Of a stretch of DNA of 64,000 bases, positions 50,505 to 60,441 are shown one piece after another. The stretch comes from Thermofilaceae archaeon. GTDB lineage: Archaea > Thermoproteota > Thermoprotei > Thermofilales > Thermofilaceae. Each line of letters begins with the position of its first letter. The stretch's first letter is position 1. Both the position numbers and the translations under genes were made by a program. The notes below the pieces were generated by a model that had not been told where the DNA came from, did not search any database, and saw nothing but the letters and a program-made list of their open reading frames with translations. The stretch is taken from positions 57,626 to 121,625 of the forward strand of contig JAVYWK010000001.1 of assembly GCA_038727095.1 (NCBI GenBank). Reading direction: 5' to 3'.

Positions 50505-51042
50505 CCCTTTCCAAAAACTGCTTCATCGAGGAATACCAGTCACTCACCACCTTGCAGAGGTGTGCGTAGAGGGCACGCTCCTCTATTGTCAATCTCTCAG
50601 CAAAGTCCCTGCTAAACTCCGGGTTGACTAGAACAGCTCTCAGGATTTTCTGTAATCGGAGCCTCACGATGTCTACCAACATGGTTTTTGCAACATCTGC
50701 TTTCTTGCTCTCCTCAGAGCTCTTCTCTAAGAGTTGTAGGGTCAATCGAGCCTTTAGATAGAAATCACCAGCTAGTTGTTGAGGAGCTGAGAGATCTCTG
50801 CTTTCTATCCATCGTATTTTGTTGAGTTCCTGCCAGCTGTAGAGTCTCTCCGGATCGAGCGTGAGCACTCCTTTCTTTATGAGGGGGAGCGCTTCGCGCA
50901 GCGAAAGATCGAGACGCGCACCCCTTCTCAATAATTGCTCTCCCGAGCTGGTTTTAACGGGTACTTTGGCATCACTTACCACCACGACTGGGATCTGCGC
51001 ATCCACTATGACCAATGTTTTTGATAATTCGCTGGCGACCAT
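50488..51042 (-). CDS. GINS subunit (Gins23-like)
   Basis: Directly upstream of mcm; B-domain then helical A-domain (DFYLK...RLQKI...LTIEER). Confidence 0.75.
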   Translation of the reverse strand: MVASELSKTLVIVDAQIPVVVVSDAKVPVKTSSGEQLLRRGARLDLSLREALPLIKKGVLTLDPERLYSWQELNKIRWIESRDLSAPQQLAGDFYLKARLTLQLLEKSSEESKKADVAKTMLVDIVRLRLQKILRAVLVNPEFSRDFAERLTIEERALYAHLCKVVSDWYSSMKQFLERGDPLG

Positions 51043-51160
51043 GGTCGGTCTCTCTCACTATAGTAAGTGATATTCCCTTGCTATGAAATATTGAAAGAAC
51101 TTACGTTGATAATGCGTCGAAAGTACTGAAGTAAAGTTACGCTATTACTTCCGTACGAAC

Positions 51161-51406
51161 TTACCTCGCTGTAATCTTCCTAGCTTCGCGCTCCGTCTCT
51201 CTCAGAAGAACTATATCGCCCAACCTTACCGGCCCTTTGACGTTCCTGGTCAATATTCTCCCTTTATCGGGCCCTTCGAGCACTCGAACCCTGACTTGCG
51301 TTACCTCTCCTGTCACACCCGTCCTGCCTACTATCTGGATTACCTCCGCGGGAATCGCGTCGCTCCACAGGTCAGCTGGCTGAGCGTATTTCTGCCTCGA
51401 GCTCAT
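51161..51406 (-). CDS. rps28e: 30S ribosomal protein S28e
   Basis: [12 protein letters not shown]...[10 protein letters not shown]. Confidence 0.96.
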   Translation of the reverse strand: MSSRQKYAQPADLWSDAIPAEVIQIVGRTGVTGEVTQVRVRVLEGPDKGRILTRNVKGPVRLGDIVLLRETEREARKITAR

Positions 51407-51461
51407 ACCGCGAGCTTAAGAGAACGCTTTATCAGCATTTCGCCAGTGATTTCAGATTTGC

Positions 51462-51854
51462 CTATGCAGTCTTTTTACTTTTTATTTCGTTAACAGCTTT
51501 GATTACCTCGTTCATGAGGGCAGTCGCGTCGCCTGGCTCAATTATGCACGCTGATGCAGCTGCTACCCGAAGTCCACACGCGGTTCCAAGCTTGGCTTTC
51601 GATGGAACGTATACGTAGGGTACTCCCTTTTCTTCGCAAAGGAGCGGTAGATGAGCTACAATCTCCGGCGGATCGACATCCTCTGCGATCAATACCAGCT
51701 TGGCGAGACCTCTTTCAACGGCCTTTGTTGTTTCGTTTGTTCCCTTCTTAATCGCTCCTCCGCGCTCCACTGCCATGCGAATAGCTTCGTAAGCCTTCTC
51801 AGCCAGTTCTGGTGGAACTTCAAACCTCACGTAAAACGGCTTCTCACCCGACAT
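51462..51854 (-). CDS. rpl7ae: 50S ribosomal protein L7Ae
   Basis: [29 protein letters not shown]. Confidence 0.97.
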   Translation of the reverse strand: MSGEKPFYVRFEVPPELAEKAYEAIRMAVERGGAIKKGTNETTKAVERGLAKLVLIAEDVDPPEIVAHLPLLCEEKGVPYVYVPSKAKLGTACGLRVAAASACIIEPGDATALMNEVIKAVNEIKSKKTA

Positions 51855-52009
51855 ATCGCTCACCTTTCATCGCTCATCTTTCAAGGAGGGTGCAGCTTCT
51901 CTCCTTTTAAACCCTTCTGAGGAAGTTCGCAACAGTCCACCTAAAGCGCCAGTACGCCTTAGATGTTATACCAAGGTAAGATAATAACCGTGCCCCTATC
52001 TTCAATCTC

Positions 52010-52780
52010 GTGGACGACTGTCTGGTTAGAGAAGGAGATTTTGTGCTTCTCAGCGGAGCAAAGCGCAGCTACCTCGTAAAGGTATCAAAAGGGAAACGCT
52101 TCAGCTTCAACGAGGGGATTATCGATTCTGAGGAGATAATCGGAAGGCAGTATGGAGAGGAGGTGACAACGCATCTGGGAGTCCACCTCAGGCTCGTTCA
52201 TCCCACTCTACTGGATATCGTTTACCGCGGTTTCACGCGGCGTACCCAAGTAATCTACCCCAAGGATGCCGCTCTGATTATTTTACGGTGCGGTGTTGGT
52301 CCGGGTTCGCGTGTCGTTGAGGCAGGAACCGGTTCTGGATGCTTAACGGCTCTTCTAGCACACTTCGTACGGCCAACCGGTACGGTATACACTTATGAAG
52401 TCAGGCGTGAGTTCATCGATATCGCGCGTGAGAACCTAGCAGCCGTGGGCCTCCTGGACTACGTCGTCATAAAAGAAAAGGATGTTAGGGAGGGTATCGA
52501 GGAGAAAGAGGTCGATGCAGTGATCCTCGATATGGCGGATCCGTGGCATGTGATAGAGCATGCCCACCGCGCGCTCCGCTGTGGCGGTACGCTCACGTGC
52601 TTCCTGCCAACAATTAACCAGGTGGAGAGGGTCGTGGATGAAGCCATTGCAAAAGGTTTCATAATGGTTGAAACCGTCGAACTACTGTTAAGGAACTTTA
52701 AGGTTAAACGGGGTGAAACTAGACCCGAGGTTCGCATGATCGGTCATACTGGGTACATTGTTTTTGCCCGTAAGCCATAG
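52010..52780 (+). CDS. trmI: tRNA (adenine-57/58 N1) methyltransferase
   Basis: QVIYPKD, EAGTGSG, LDMADPW, HTGY. Confidence 0.95.
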   Translation: MDDCLVREGDFVLLSGAKRSYLVKVSKGKRFSFNEGIIDSEEIIGRQYGEEVTTHLGVHLRLVHPTLLDIVYRGFTRRTQVIYPKDAALIILRCGVGPGSRVVEAGTGSGCLTALLAHFVRPTGTVYTYEVRREFIDIARENLAAVGLLDYVVIKEKDVREGIEEKEVDAVILDMADPWHVIEHAHRALRCGGTLTCFLPTINQVERVVDEAIAKGFIMVETVELLLRNFKVKRGETRPEVRMIGHTGYIVFARKP

Positions 52781-52970
52781 CTGAAGGACTTATTTAGATC
52801 GTTGCTAAGCCCTTACAGCAAGATTCTTTACTCCTCTGTGTTCCGACCGATGTTTCACGAAACTGTTTGTCGTCTACTCGAACGTAATACAGCGGGTGTA
52901 AGCGCTCCTGTGAACAATTTCCATTAAGGTAGAAATGGTTTTAAAGATGTGAATCGACAAGTACCCTCTG

Positions 52971-53945
52971 ATGTCGCGAATACATGAGGCTTTTCTAGAT
53001 ATTGGGGAGTTCAAGGTCTACAGCTCAACAGATGCGACATTTCGTGCTCTTCATGCGGTACAAGAAGTATTTGAGCAAGCATCCAGCACGCGGGAGGCCC
53101 TCGAGGATTTGCTGGCGGCGTTAAAGTACGTCGCTGATAGGAGGCCAACTTCGATAATGTTGTTCAACGTGATGAAGAGAATGCTGGACTATATTGAGAG
53201 TGGCATGAGGATGGGGGCTTCGAAAAGCGAGGTGGCAAAGATGGTTGAGGAGGGGGTTGGCGCCATGAGAAGAGAGATAGAAAACGCGATAAGCCTGGCT
53301 GCTACACTGGGTGCCCGGCGCGTGCGCGAGAACGCATCTCTGTTAACCTGCTCCTACAGCAGAGTGGTAAAGATGCTCTTTTCCCGGCTGAAATCGGAGG
53401 GAAAGCGAGTACGCGCTTTCGTCACTGAGTCAAGGCCCGGTGGTGAGGGCATTCGATTGGCGCAAGAGTTGAGCGAGATGGGCATTGAAACTGAGCTGAT
53501 CGTGGACTCGTCGGTGAGGCACTTCATGAAGGAGATGGATATGGTGGTAACAGGTGCTGAAGCAATAGCGGCCAACGGCGCTGTCGTGAACAAGGTAGGA
53601 ACATCGTTGATCGCTCTCGCCGCCAATGAAGCTCGAGTTAGAACCTTCGTACTCACCACGACGCACAAGTTCTCCGCAGAGACGATCTTCGGGGAGCTTG
53701 TAAAACTCCCCGTAATGAGGGATGTGAGCCTTTTACCAGGGCTCGAAAAGAGGAGGGATCTGAACGTGTGCTACCCACTTTTCGATGTGACACCACCCCG
53801 GTACGTCGATGCCATAATCACTGAGAAAGGCGTAGTGGCTCCAGAGGCAGTGATCCTGCTTGTACGCGAACTTCACGGATGGCCTACCGAAGTTCACGAT
53901 TTGATTTCTCGTCTCGAAAAATTAGTGGAGGTGGTAGGAGGGTGA
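52971..53945 (+). CDS. eIF2B alpha/beta/delta-family paralogue with altered catalytic motifs
   Basis: RPTS, TCSYS, TESRP, GAE, NKVGT, FDVTPP. Confidence 0.85.
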   Translation: MSRIHEAFLDIGEFKVYSSTDATFRALHAVQEVFEQASSTREALEDLLAALKYVADRRPTSIMLFNVMKRMLDYIESGMRMGASKSEVAKMVEEGVGAMRREIENAISLAATLGARRVRENASLLTCSYSRVVKMLFSRLKSEGKRVRAFVTESRPGGEGIRLAQELSEMGIETELIVDSSVRHFMKEMDMVVTGAEAIAANGAVVNKVGTSLIALAANEARVRTFVLTTTHKFSAETIFGELVKLPVMRDVSLLPGLEKRRDLNVCYPLFDVTPPRYVDAIITEKGVVAPEAVILLVRELHGWPTEVHDLISRLEKLVEVVGG

Positions 53946-54931
53946 AAGCATCGCCTAAAGTCCTAAAGATAGCACAGTTGATCAGGGACATGCGCGTGAG
54001 AGGAGCGGGTAGGATCGCGAGAGCAGCGGCTTACGCGATGAAGGTAGCGGCGCTAGAGTACCAGGGGTCATCCCTAGACGACTACCTCACGTACATGAGG
54101 CATAGCGCTCAGATACTAACCTCTACTAGGCCCACCGCGGTATCCCTCCATAACGCGGTTAGATACGTGATGAACAAAGTCCGTAGAGCGAGCAGCTGTG
54201 AAGAAGGGGTTGAGTTAGCCGTGAAAGCTGCAGACAACTTCATAGATTCGTCCCTTAACGCGGTTAGAATCATAGGGGAGATCGGCTCTCGTCTCATCGA
54301 GGACGGAGACACTGTTTTAACGCACTGCAACAGTTCGGCGGCCCTGTCCATCATAAAGACGGCGTACAGAAAGGGGAAAAATATCGTAGCCTACGCTACA
54401 GAGACACGCCCGAAGTTCCAGGGATTGCTGAGTTATCGAGAGTTGGTTGACGCGGGAGTCCCCACCACTCTCATCCCGGATTCGGCCGTGAGATACTTCA
54501 TCAGGGACGTCGACAAAGTTGTGGTTGGTGCTGACACGGTTACGGCTAACGGTGCTGTAGTGAACAAGATCGGGACGTCACTGATCGCTCTCGCCGCATA
54601 TGAAGCAGGAGTCAAGCTCTACGTGGCCACTGAAACGTACAAGTTCAGTCCAGCAACGATCCTTGGGGAGCTGGTAGAGATAGAGGAAAGAGGTGCAGAA
54701 GAGGTTCTGCCTACGTATACACTGTTAAAGCTTACCAATCTTAAGGTTCGTAACCCGGCCTTTGATGTTACCCCACCTGAATACATAGACGCCATTATCA
54801 CCGAGCGGGGGATTATACCGCCGAAAGCCGCAGCGCTCATTCTCCTAGAAGATTACGGGACAGAAGTAGCAGAGGAGTTAACAAAAGTAACGATAGATCT
54901 TGAAGAGAGTACCCCCCCTTTACTCGACTGA
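53942..54931 (+). CDS. Ribose-1,5-bisphosphate isomerase
   Basis: VRGAGRIA, RPTAVSL, THCNS, ETRP..QG, GAD, NKIGT, NPAFDVTP. Confidence 0.9.
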   Translation: MKASPKVLKIAQLIRDMRVRGAGRIARAAAYAMKVAALEYQGSSLDDYLTYMRHSAQILTSTRPTAVSLHNAVRYVMNKVRRASSCEEGVELAVKAADNFIDSSLNAVRIIGEIGSRLIEDGDTVLTHCNSSAALSIIKTAYRKGKNIVAYATETRPKFQGLLSYRELVDAGVPTTLIPDSAVRYFIRDVDKVVVGADTVTANGAVVNKIGTSLIALAAYEAGVKLYVATETYKFSPATILGELVEIEERGAEEVLPTYTLLKLTNLKVRNPAFDVTPPEYIDAIITERGIIPPKAAALILLEDYGTEVAEELTKVTIDLEESTPPLLD

Positions 54932-55057
54932 CTGAAAAAGAAAACTGCCGGTTGAGAATTAACATACGAAAGCTCTGGTATAATCGTTCACCCCTTTTCC
55001 TAATATTAGTTGAAACCTTTAAGCGCCAGCGGCAACGGAGGGAGCATAGGGGAGGGA

Positions 55058-55172
55058 TGGCGCCCCGGCCGGGATTTGAACCCGGGTTTTCCGTGCGGTT
55101 TCCCGCTCTCCGGCTCGACAGGCCGGCAATCCAGCTAATGTGGGTTACTGGGCCAGACTATACGACCGGGGC
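55058..55172 (-). tRNA. tRNA-Asp(GTC) with two introns (17 nt at 24/25, 55129-55145; 19 nt at 45/46, 55089-55107), CCA encoded
   Basis: GCCCCGG acceptor, CCGGC-CTGTCGA-GCCGG, G73; BHB-like CCAG/CTGG and CCGG/ACGG. Confidence 0.88.
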
Positions 55173-55212
55173 TGAAAGGGTGTTCGTGCAAGCCTTTAAT
55201 ACCTTTTGTGCT

Positions 55213-55425
55213 CTATGAGTGCAAGGCGGTTCTTCGAAGCTCGCTCTTTTTGCCATAAAGCGCAGTCCATTTAAGCTTAGAGGGATCCTTTCGCAGCTTA
55301 ATCGCATACTTGAAGCACCTGCTTGAGCAGAAACGCAGTATAACCCCATCGTTTCTCACGTACCATAGGCCTGTGCCTGGCCGTATTTCATGCCCACAGA
55401 AGCTGCAGGTATACACCCGCACCAT
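55213..55425 (-). CDS. rpl24e: 50S ribosomal protein L24e
   Basis: CSFCG.EI.PGTG, FCSSRC, LKWT. Confidence 0.96.
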   Translation of the reverse strand: MVRVYTCSFCGHEIRPGTGLWYVRNDGVILRFCSSRCFKYAIKLRKDPSKLKWTALYGKKSELRRTALHS

Positions 55426-55476
55426 CGTATCGCACCTTCCAGCCGTGTGAGCTTTGTCTTTTAAATTTGATTCTAC

Positions 55477-57885
55477 TCAATGAGCTTCGTTGGACGCATG
55501 CCGTTGGTACAAGTCTACGACCTTCGCTAGCCGCGCGATTTCATCTGCAACGCTTCTGCTTTGAGTAGTCAATATAACCTGGACATCTGGGCTGAACTTT
55601 AGTAATGTTTTAGCTAGCACTACATGAGTGCTTTCATCAACGTTTGGAACTGGATCATCTAAAACGAGGAAGGCCAAGTTTCCAAGCTTAAGCAACCTAG
55701 CGGCGAGGAAAAGGGATAGAGCGAAGATGGATTTCTGGCCGTCGCTTAAGCGTGTCGCAACAGGAACTATCTTCCCATCAGTTCGCCTTTTTACAAATGC
55801 AACGTACCTACCCCTCCCGCTTTGAGCCCAGTGGCTCTCAACGCTTATGAGCACCGCATCGTACTGCATACTCAGATCAAGCTCGACAAAAAACTTCGAT
55901 ATAATACTTGAGAGTTTTTCGGCTAGGCTTCGACGCAAAGTTACGTGCGTATCGGAGAGAGCCCTCTTGATACGTTCAAGACGGTTGTAAACCAGCTCTA
56001 GCCTCCCCCGTTTGTCGCGTAACTCCTTTAACTTAGCACTAACGAGTTCGTACTCCCTCATCCTCCGAGCCATTTCGCTTTCTTGACGATCGAGCTCCTT
56101 CAGCAACTCTCTGTTTGCAGAAATAGCTTCTTTGATTTTGACGAGATCCTCAGCAACTTTTCGCACTCTCGCTTCTTCGTATCCCAGCTCTCTCAACCGG
56201 TTCTCAACTTTCCTTAGCATTTCCCTAAGCTCAAAGTAGCGGAGACTTCTGTAAAGATTTTCTAATTGATTATAACCTTTTGTCAATTCTACTAATTTGT
56301 TTCTCAATATACTCATACGCTCTTCGAGCTCATCCAAGTTCATTCTCAATTCCCCCAGCTCATCAAGCGCCTTCTCTAGCTCACTCTCCAACTCGTTTCT
56401 CCTCTTTTCATAATCTGACAGCAGCCTAAGCCTATACTCGAGCTCCCTTAGCTTCCGCTCTACATCTCTCAGCTCGTCTAAAGATCTCTCCAACTTTTCA
56501 CGCTGAAGACTTACGCTCTCAGGCGGAGCTATTTCAGGAAGCGAACTAAAACTAATGACTTCACTTCCACATACAGGGCATTTAACAACATTTTGCGTTT
56601 TCAAGCTCTCCATTACCTCCTCTTGAATCGCATGTATGCATTGTGATTTACTCTCTTCGCGTTGAATGGCTTTTAGTTTAATTTCAAGTTGGGCTATTTT
56701 TCTAACTATTGTAGAAATATCACCGTACTTTTCTATTAATTTTTCATATTCTATTTGTGAATTTTTCATTTTTTCAATTTTAGATTCAAAACTCCCCAAA
56801 TCATCTTCTAGCTTTTTTATATAATTCTCCATATAGTTTATTCTATACCTTATATTATGAATATCATAATTTAATCGTAAAATACACTCCTCGTTGATCT
56901 TTGCTACGAAACGCTTAAACATCTCGATAAAAGATGCAATGTTATTTATCGATACTTCGAAACTTCGGACCAGGTTCGCCTCTTCTCCAAGAAAACATTC
57001 TTCAAGCAGACTGCATAAATTAGTCTTCATACTCTCTGCTAACTCTAAGACGTAGTCGTGGTCGACTTCGATAAACTTGACTGGCTTCTCGCTTTCGAAG
57101 ACTTTCAGTTGCTCTCTAAGTTTTTCAGCCTCTAATCGAAGCTTCTCCACCTCTTTGCTGCTAGCTTGGAGCGCGCTGTACTCCTCTTCAAGCAGCCTCT
57201 TCTTCGCTTCAAGCTTATCTAACTCCGCCTGTAACTCATCCCTCCTTTTGATCAGTTCAGCATACTTACTTTTCAACCTTGGCAGCTCTTCAAGAATTGA
57301 TTCACTACCCAACCTACGCTCCTCTTCCTCTAAACTTTTTAGAGCATCTTTAACATCCTTTAAACTGATCTCTCTGTGGAGTTTTTCTAGCTCGCTGATT
57401 CCCAGCAGAACATCGAACAGCCTTCCTTGCTCAGCTGGTGGAGCGTGAAGAAGTGTGTATAGTTCCTGGTAGCCTAGCGAATACTCGGTTACGAACTCAT
57501 CGAATGAGCAACCGAGCTTCGACTGCAAGTACCTCTCCGCCACGTCATCGTGAAACTCGTTGTTACCAACAGTAACAACGAGAGAAGTTCGTCCAGTTCT
57601 ACCGAGTGTTCTTGTTATGCGGATATCTGTGCTTCCATCTGTGAGAACTGCTCGAACTTTCGCTTCTTCACAGAAGTCATTGATCAAATCCTCTTTCCTG
57701 AGATTTCTCGATGGTAATTCTCGAGTCATCCCGAAAAGAGCAAATTCCAAGGCTCTCACAAGTGAGGTTTTACCAGACCCGGGAGGACCGAAAATTACCG
57801 TAAGATCATCACTAAGTTCGATTGAAATCCTACGGTCAAAGGCTCTGAAACCCTCAACTTCTAGGTTCTTAAGCTTCAGAGGCAC
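55477..57885 (-). CDS. SMC/Rad50-like ATPase (arcadin-4)
   Basis: GPPGSGKT, long coiled coils, CPVC hook, LSDGQ, LVLDDP; last gene of the crenactin operon. Confidence 0.88.
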   Translation of the reverse strand: MPLKLKNLEVEGFRAFDRRISIELSDDLTVIFGPPGSGKTSLVRALEFALFGMTRELPSRNLRKEDLINDFCEEAKVRAVLTDGSTDIRITRTLGRTGRTSLVVTVGNNEFHDDVAERYLQSKLGCSFDEFVTEYSLGYQELYTLLHAPPAEQGRLFDVLLGISELEKLHREISLKDVKDALKSLEEEERRLGSESILEELPRLKSKYAELIKRRDELQAELDKLEAKKRLLEEEYSALQASSKEVEKLRLEAEKLREQLKVFESEKPVKFIEVDHDYVLELAESMKTNLCSLLEECFLGEEANLVRSFEVSINNIASFIEMFKRFVAKINEECILRLNYDIHNIRYRINYMENYIKKLEDDLGSFESKIEKMKNSQIEYEKLIEKYGDISTIVRKIAQLEIKLKAIQREESKSQCIHAIQEEVMESLKTQNVVKCPVCGSEVISFSSLPEIAPPESVSLQREKLERSLDELRDVERKLRELEYRLRLLSDYEKRRNELESELEKALDELGELRMNLDELEERMSILRNKLVELTKGYNQLENLYRSLRYFELREMLRKVENRLRELGYEEARVRKVAEDLVKIKEAISANRELLKELDRQESEMARRMREYELVSAKLKELRDKRGRLELVYNRLERIKRALSDTHVTLRRSLAEKLSSIISKFFVELDLSMQYDAVLISVESHWAQSGRGRYVAFVKRRTDGKIVPVATRLSDGQKSIFALSLFLAARLLKLGNLAFLVLDDPVPNVDESTHVVLAKTLLKFSPDVQVILTTQSRSVADEIARLAKVVDLYQRHASNEAH

Positions 57886-58072
57886 TACTCAACACCTCAG
57901 CAACCAATTTTCTAATTTCCTCTCTGATGCCTCGGGGTCCCTGATCCCTGTAGGCCTTTACCAGTTTTTCAGCAAGCTCGTAGGTCTCAGGACTCTCTTT
58001 CAACGCGTCTCTTAATAAACGGAGAAGCTCATCGTAAATAATGATCTCCGTCGACCCTCTCCTTTCAGTCAT
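57869..58072 (-). CDS. Small protein, probable arcadin-3
   Basis: 67 aa between arcadin-2 and the SMC-like gene; overlaps the latter. Confidence 0.6.
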   Translation of the reverse strand: MTERRGSTEIIIYDELLRLLRDALKESPETYELAEKLVKAYRDQGPRGIREEIRKLVAEVLSSASEA

Positions 58073-58090
58073 GCGCCGATTCCCCGAGGG

Positions 58091-58795
58091 TTACTCGCCT
58101 CCTCTTTTCATTAACTCTACAAGCCACGGGTTTCCCTTAAGAAAATCCACGTCCTGGAGTGCAGTACCCTCTCGAAAGCCAGAATCGGTGTAGTCTCTGC
58201 CTCTATCTCCATTCTGTACTTTGGATTTCGCAACCTGAGATTCTGAGGAAACCTCGAGGGGAATGGTAGTAGCCTGTACCTTCCTGGTCAAGTGCTCAGT
58301 TATCTTCTGTTCTATCAGCTCTACTACTTTTCTCTCAAGTTCCTTGTACAGAATCTCCTCTGGAAACGATAAGACGGTTGCTGGAGTGCCATCCCTTCTG
58401 GCGGGAAGTCTACCTCGCTCCGTTAAGCCGCTTACATCCTCAAAAGGTCTAGCAGGTACGGCTACCTCAATCCTACCCTCCAAAACCTTCAGTAGACCGA
58501 TCCCACTTTCCTTGAATTCCTCAAATCGGGGCAGGTGGCTATACCGTATCTCCTCTGTGGCGAAGAAAATCTCATCGCATGGCTTCTCCCTCAGCAGACG
58601 ATACATAAAGCTTCTAATCGCCTTCTGATCCTTTACGGGGTTGCTCGAGTAAGACAATAGCTTCACTCCGACTGTTCTTCGGCCGCTCGCGAAGACCAAG
58701 TCTAAGCCCTCTAAGGGCGTTGTTTCACTATATCCCTTTTCTTGAAAGTACTTCCTGAGAAAGTCGATTAGAAGTGAACGCCTCTCTTGAACCAT
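58091..58795 (-). CDS. Arcadin-2-like crenactin regulator
   Basis: Follows crenactin; C-terminal amphipathic helix FLKGNPWLVELMKR. Confidence 0.75.
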   Translation of the reverse strand: MVQERRSLLIDFLRKYFQEKGYSETTPLEGLDLVFASGRRTVGVKLLSYSSNPVKDQKAIRSFMYRLLREKPCDEIFFATEEIRYSHLPRFEEFKESGIGLLKVLEGRIEVAVPARPFEDVSGLTERGRLPARRDGTPATVLSFPEEILYKELERKVVELIEQKITEHLTRKVQATTIPLEVSSESQVAKSKVQNGDRGRDYTDSGFREGTALQDVDFLKGNPWLVELMKRGGE

Positions 58796-60060
58796 CCCTC
58801 ACCCCTCCTTTCGTTCCATAGGTAATTATCGGGTAGCGCCAAGCTCCACACCACGCAGCCTTTCCAAACGGAGAACTGTGGATCCTGCGTTAAGCGCACG
58901 TCGACGCTAATCGTGCTGCCGAGCCGCTCAGTCAGGAGTCGCTTTACCTTTACTGGTGAGGGGACGGCCACGTCCCTTAAGTTCTCAGGGGCTTTCCACT
59001 GAAAGTTTCCACCGCTGAGAATCATCTTGCTGAGGAGCGTGTCGTGTAGTGACGTAGGCGTTTTACGAATGGACCTTACGATAGCTTCATCCAGCGGGAG
59101 AGAGCCCTCAATCGTCTCGTCGCCAAGCCTGGCATCCCTTATGTTGAGTACACCCCTCTTTCTATAACTTTCGTAAACCTCGTGTGATGGATTAAACACC
59201 ACTTCTCCAATGAGGAACCTGAACCACCCTTTATCCTCCATATCGATCTCGGTGAGCGCTGATAGCCTTACTTTACACCTAAACCTCTCCGGATCCTCCT
59301 TCGCTTTCTTCACGGCGGAGTTTAAATCCGCAGGAATAAGCCCGGCTTCCTCCTTAAACTTCCTCACTACAGCTTCATCACTCGCTAAGTCACCGTAGCC
59401 AAGATCTTTCAGCACTTCAGCTGATATAGCGTCCGCCTCAGCGCCTCCCCTGTACAGCGCGACAACAGCTTCTCTTAGAGGGTAGGTATGGATCGGCGTG
59501 ATTTGGGTGTTACCGTGTCCCGATTCTATGACTACGCAGGATATCTCCTTCTCGGCTATTGCGACAGCCAGGGGCTGCGGTATCACTGTGAAAGCCTTAA
59601 TGAGCCCCGTCTCCCGATCAACCCTACCATGTATGCTGAGCAGCTTTTCACTCATGTACTCTGGCGCTATCGCGGAGAGGGCGGCTGTGACGTAAAAGCC
59701 GTCAAAACCCTCTTTTTCTTTTAATTCCCCGAACTGATCAAATCCTTTTTTAGTGAGCTCCGCTATAACTGCCCAGCCTCGTTCATCATCCCTCTTGACC
59801 TCACCGTCCGTAAGAGGGTAGACGAGATTGCGTGCGACAGTGCTCTTAGCTCCTAGGAACTTCTTCACCTCATCGCCCACTACAAGCTGCTTCTCAACTC
59901 CGTACATCTTCAAAAGGTGGCTCTCCTCGAGGAACAAACCGACACTTTCCATTATGCGCGGTTTGCGCTCCATTAACGGTCCGTACTTAAAGTAGCGGGT
60001 ACCGTAGTCTTCGCCGTACGCGGATAACGCCCTTCTCGGATCGAGCGTGGTCCCCGCCAT
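58768..60060 (-). CDS. Crenactin (archaeal actin)
   Basis: GEDYGTRYFKYG, YPLTDG, IESGHGNTQITPI, RGG, LSGG, SVWKG. Confidence 0.93.
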   Translation of the reverse strand: MAGTTLDPRRALSAYGEDYGTRYFKYGPLMERKPRIMESVGLFLEESHLLKMYGVEKQLVVGDEVKKFLGAKSTVARNLVYPLTDGEVKRDDERGWAVIAELTKKGFDQFGELKEKEGFDGFYVTAALSAIAPEYMSEKLLSIHGRVDRETGLIKAFTVIPQPLAVAIAEKEISCVVIESGHGNTQITPIHTYPLREAVVALYRGGAEADAISAEVLKDLGYGDLASDEAVVRKFKEEAGLIPADLNSAVKKAKEDPERFRCKVRLSALTEIDMEDKGWFRFLIGEVVFNPSHEVYESYRKRGVLNIRDARLGDETIEGSLPLDEAIVRSIRKTPTSLHDTLLSKMILSGGNFQWKAPENLRDVAVPSPVKVKRLLTERLGSTISVDVRLTQDPQFSVWKGCVVWSLALPDNYLWNERRGEGWFKRGVHF

Positions 60061-60128
60061 GCTAGACCTATAATTAAAATGGGGGGAGTATTTAAAGCGG
60101 ATTGCATGAGATATAGGTGAAAGTAATC

Positions 60129-60356
60129 CTAGAAGCCTCCACCAACGATGAATCGCAACTGTGCTATTCTATCCATAACCTCGATGAATTCCCTTTCCAG
60201 CTTCACCCTAAGTTCTTCAAACTGTTCCTCCCCTATCTCGCCACGCTCGCGTCTTTTTATGAGGGATTCCAACTCCTTCTCAAGCTCGGCCCGCCTCTTT
60301 TCAAGTGCCTTTAGCGCGTCACGTGGATCCTTAAAATCGGATAGAGAAATTCCCAT
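60129..60356 (-). CDS. Small coiled-coil protein
   Basis: 75 aa, RGEIGEEQFEELR helical-hairpin motif. Confidence 0.75.
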   Translation of the reverse strand: MGISLSDFKDPRDALKALEKRRAELEKELESLIKRRERGEIGEEQFEELRVKLEREFIEVMDRIAQLRFIVGGGF

Positions 60357-60441
60357 GCGGTAGGAGAGGGATCCCAACGTTAATAAACTTGCTGGTGGGC
60401 GGAATCGTTTAAAAATACCTGCTCGTATATCCTCATGCGTT

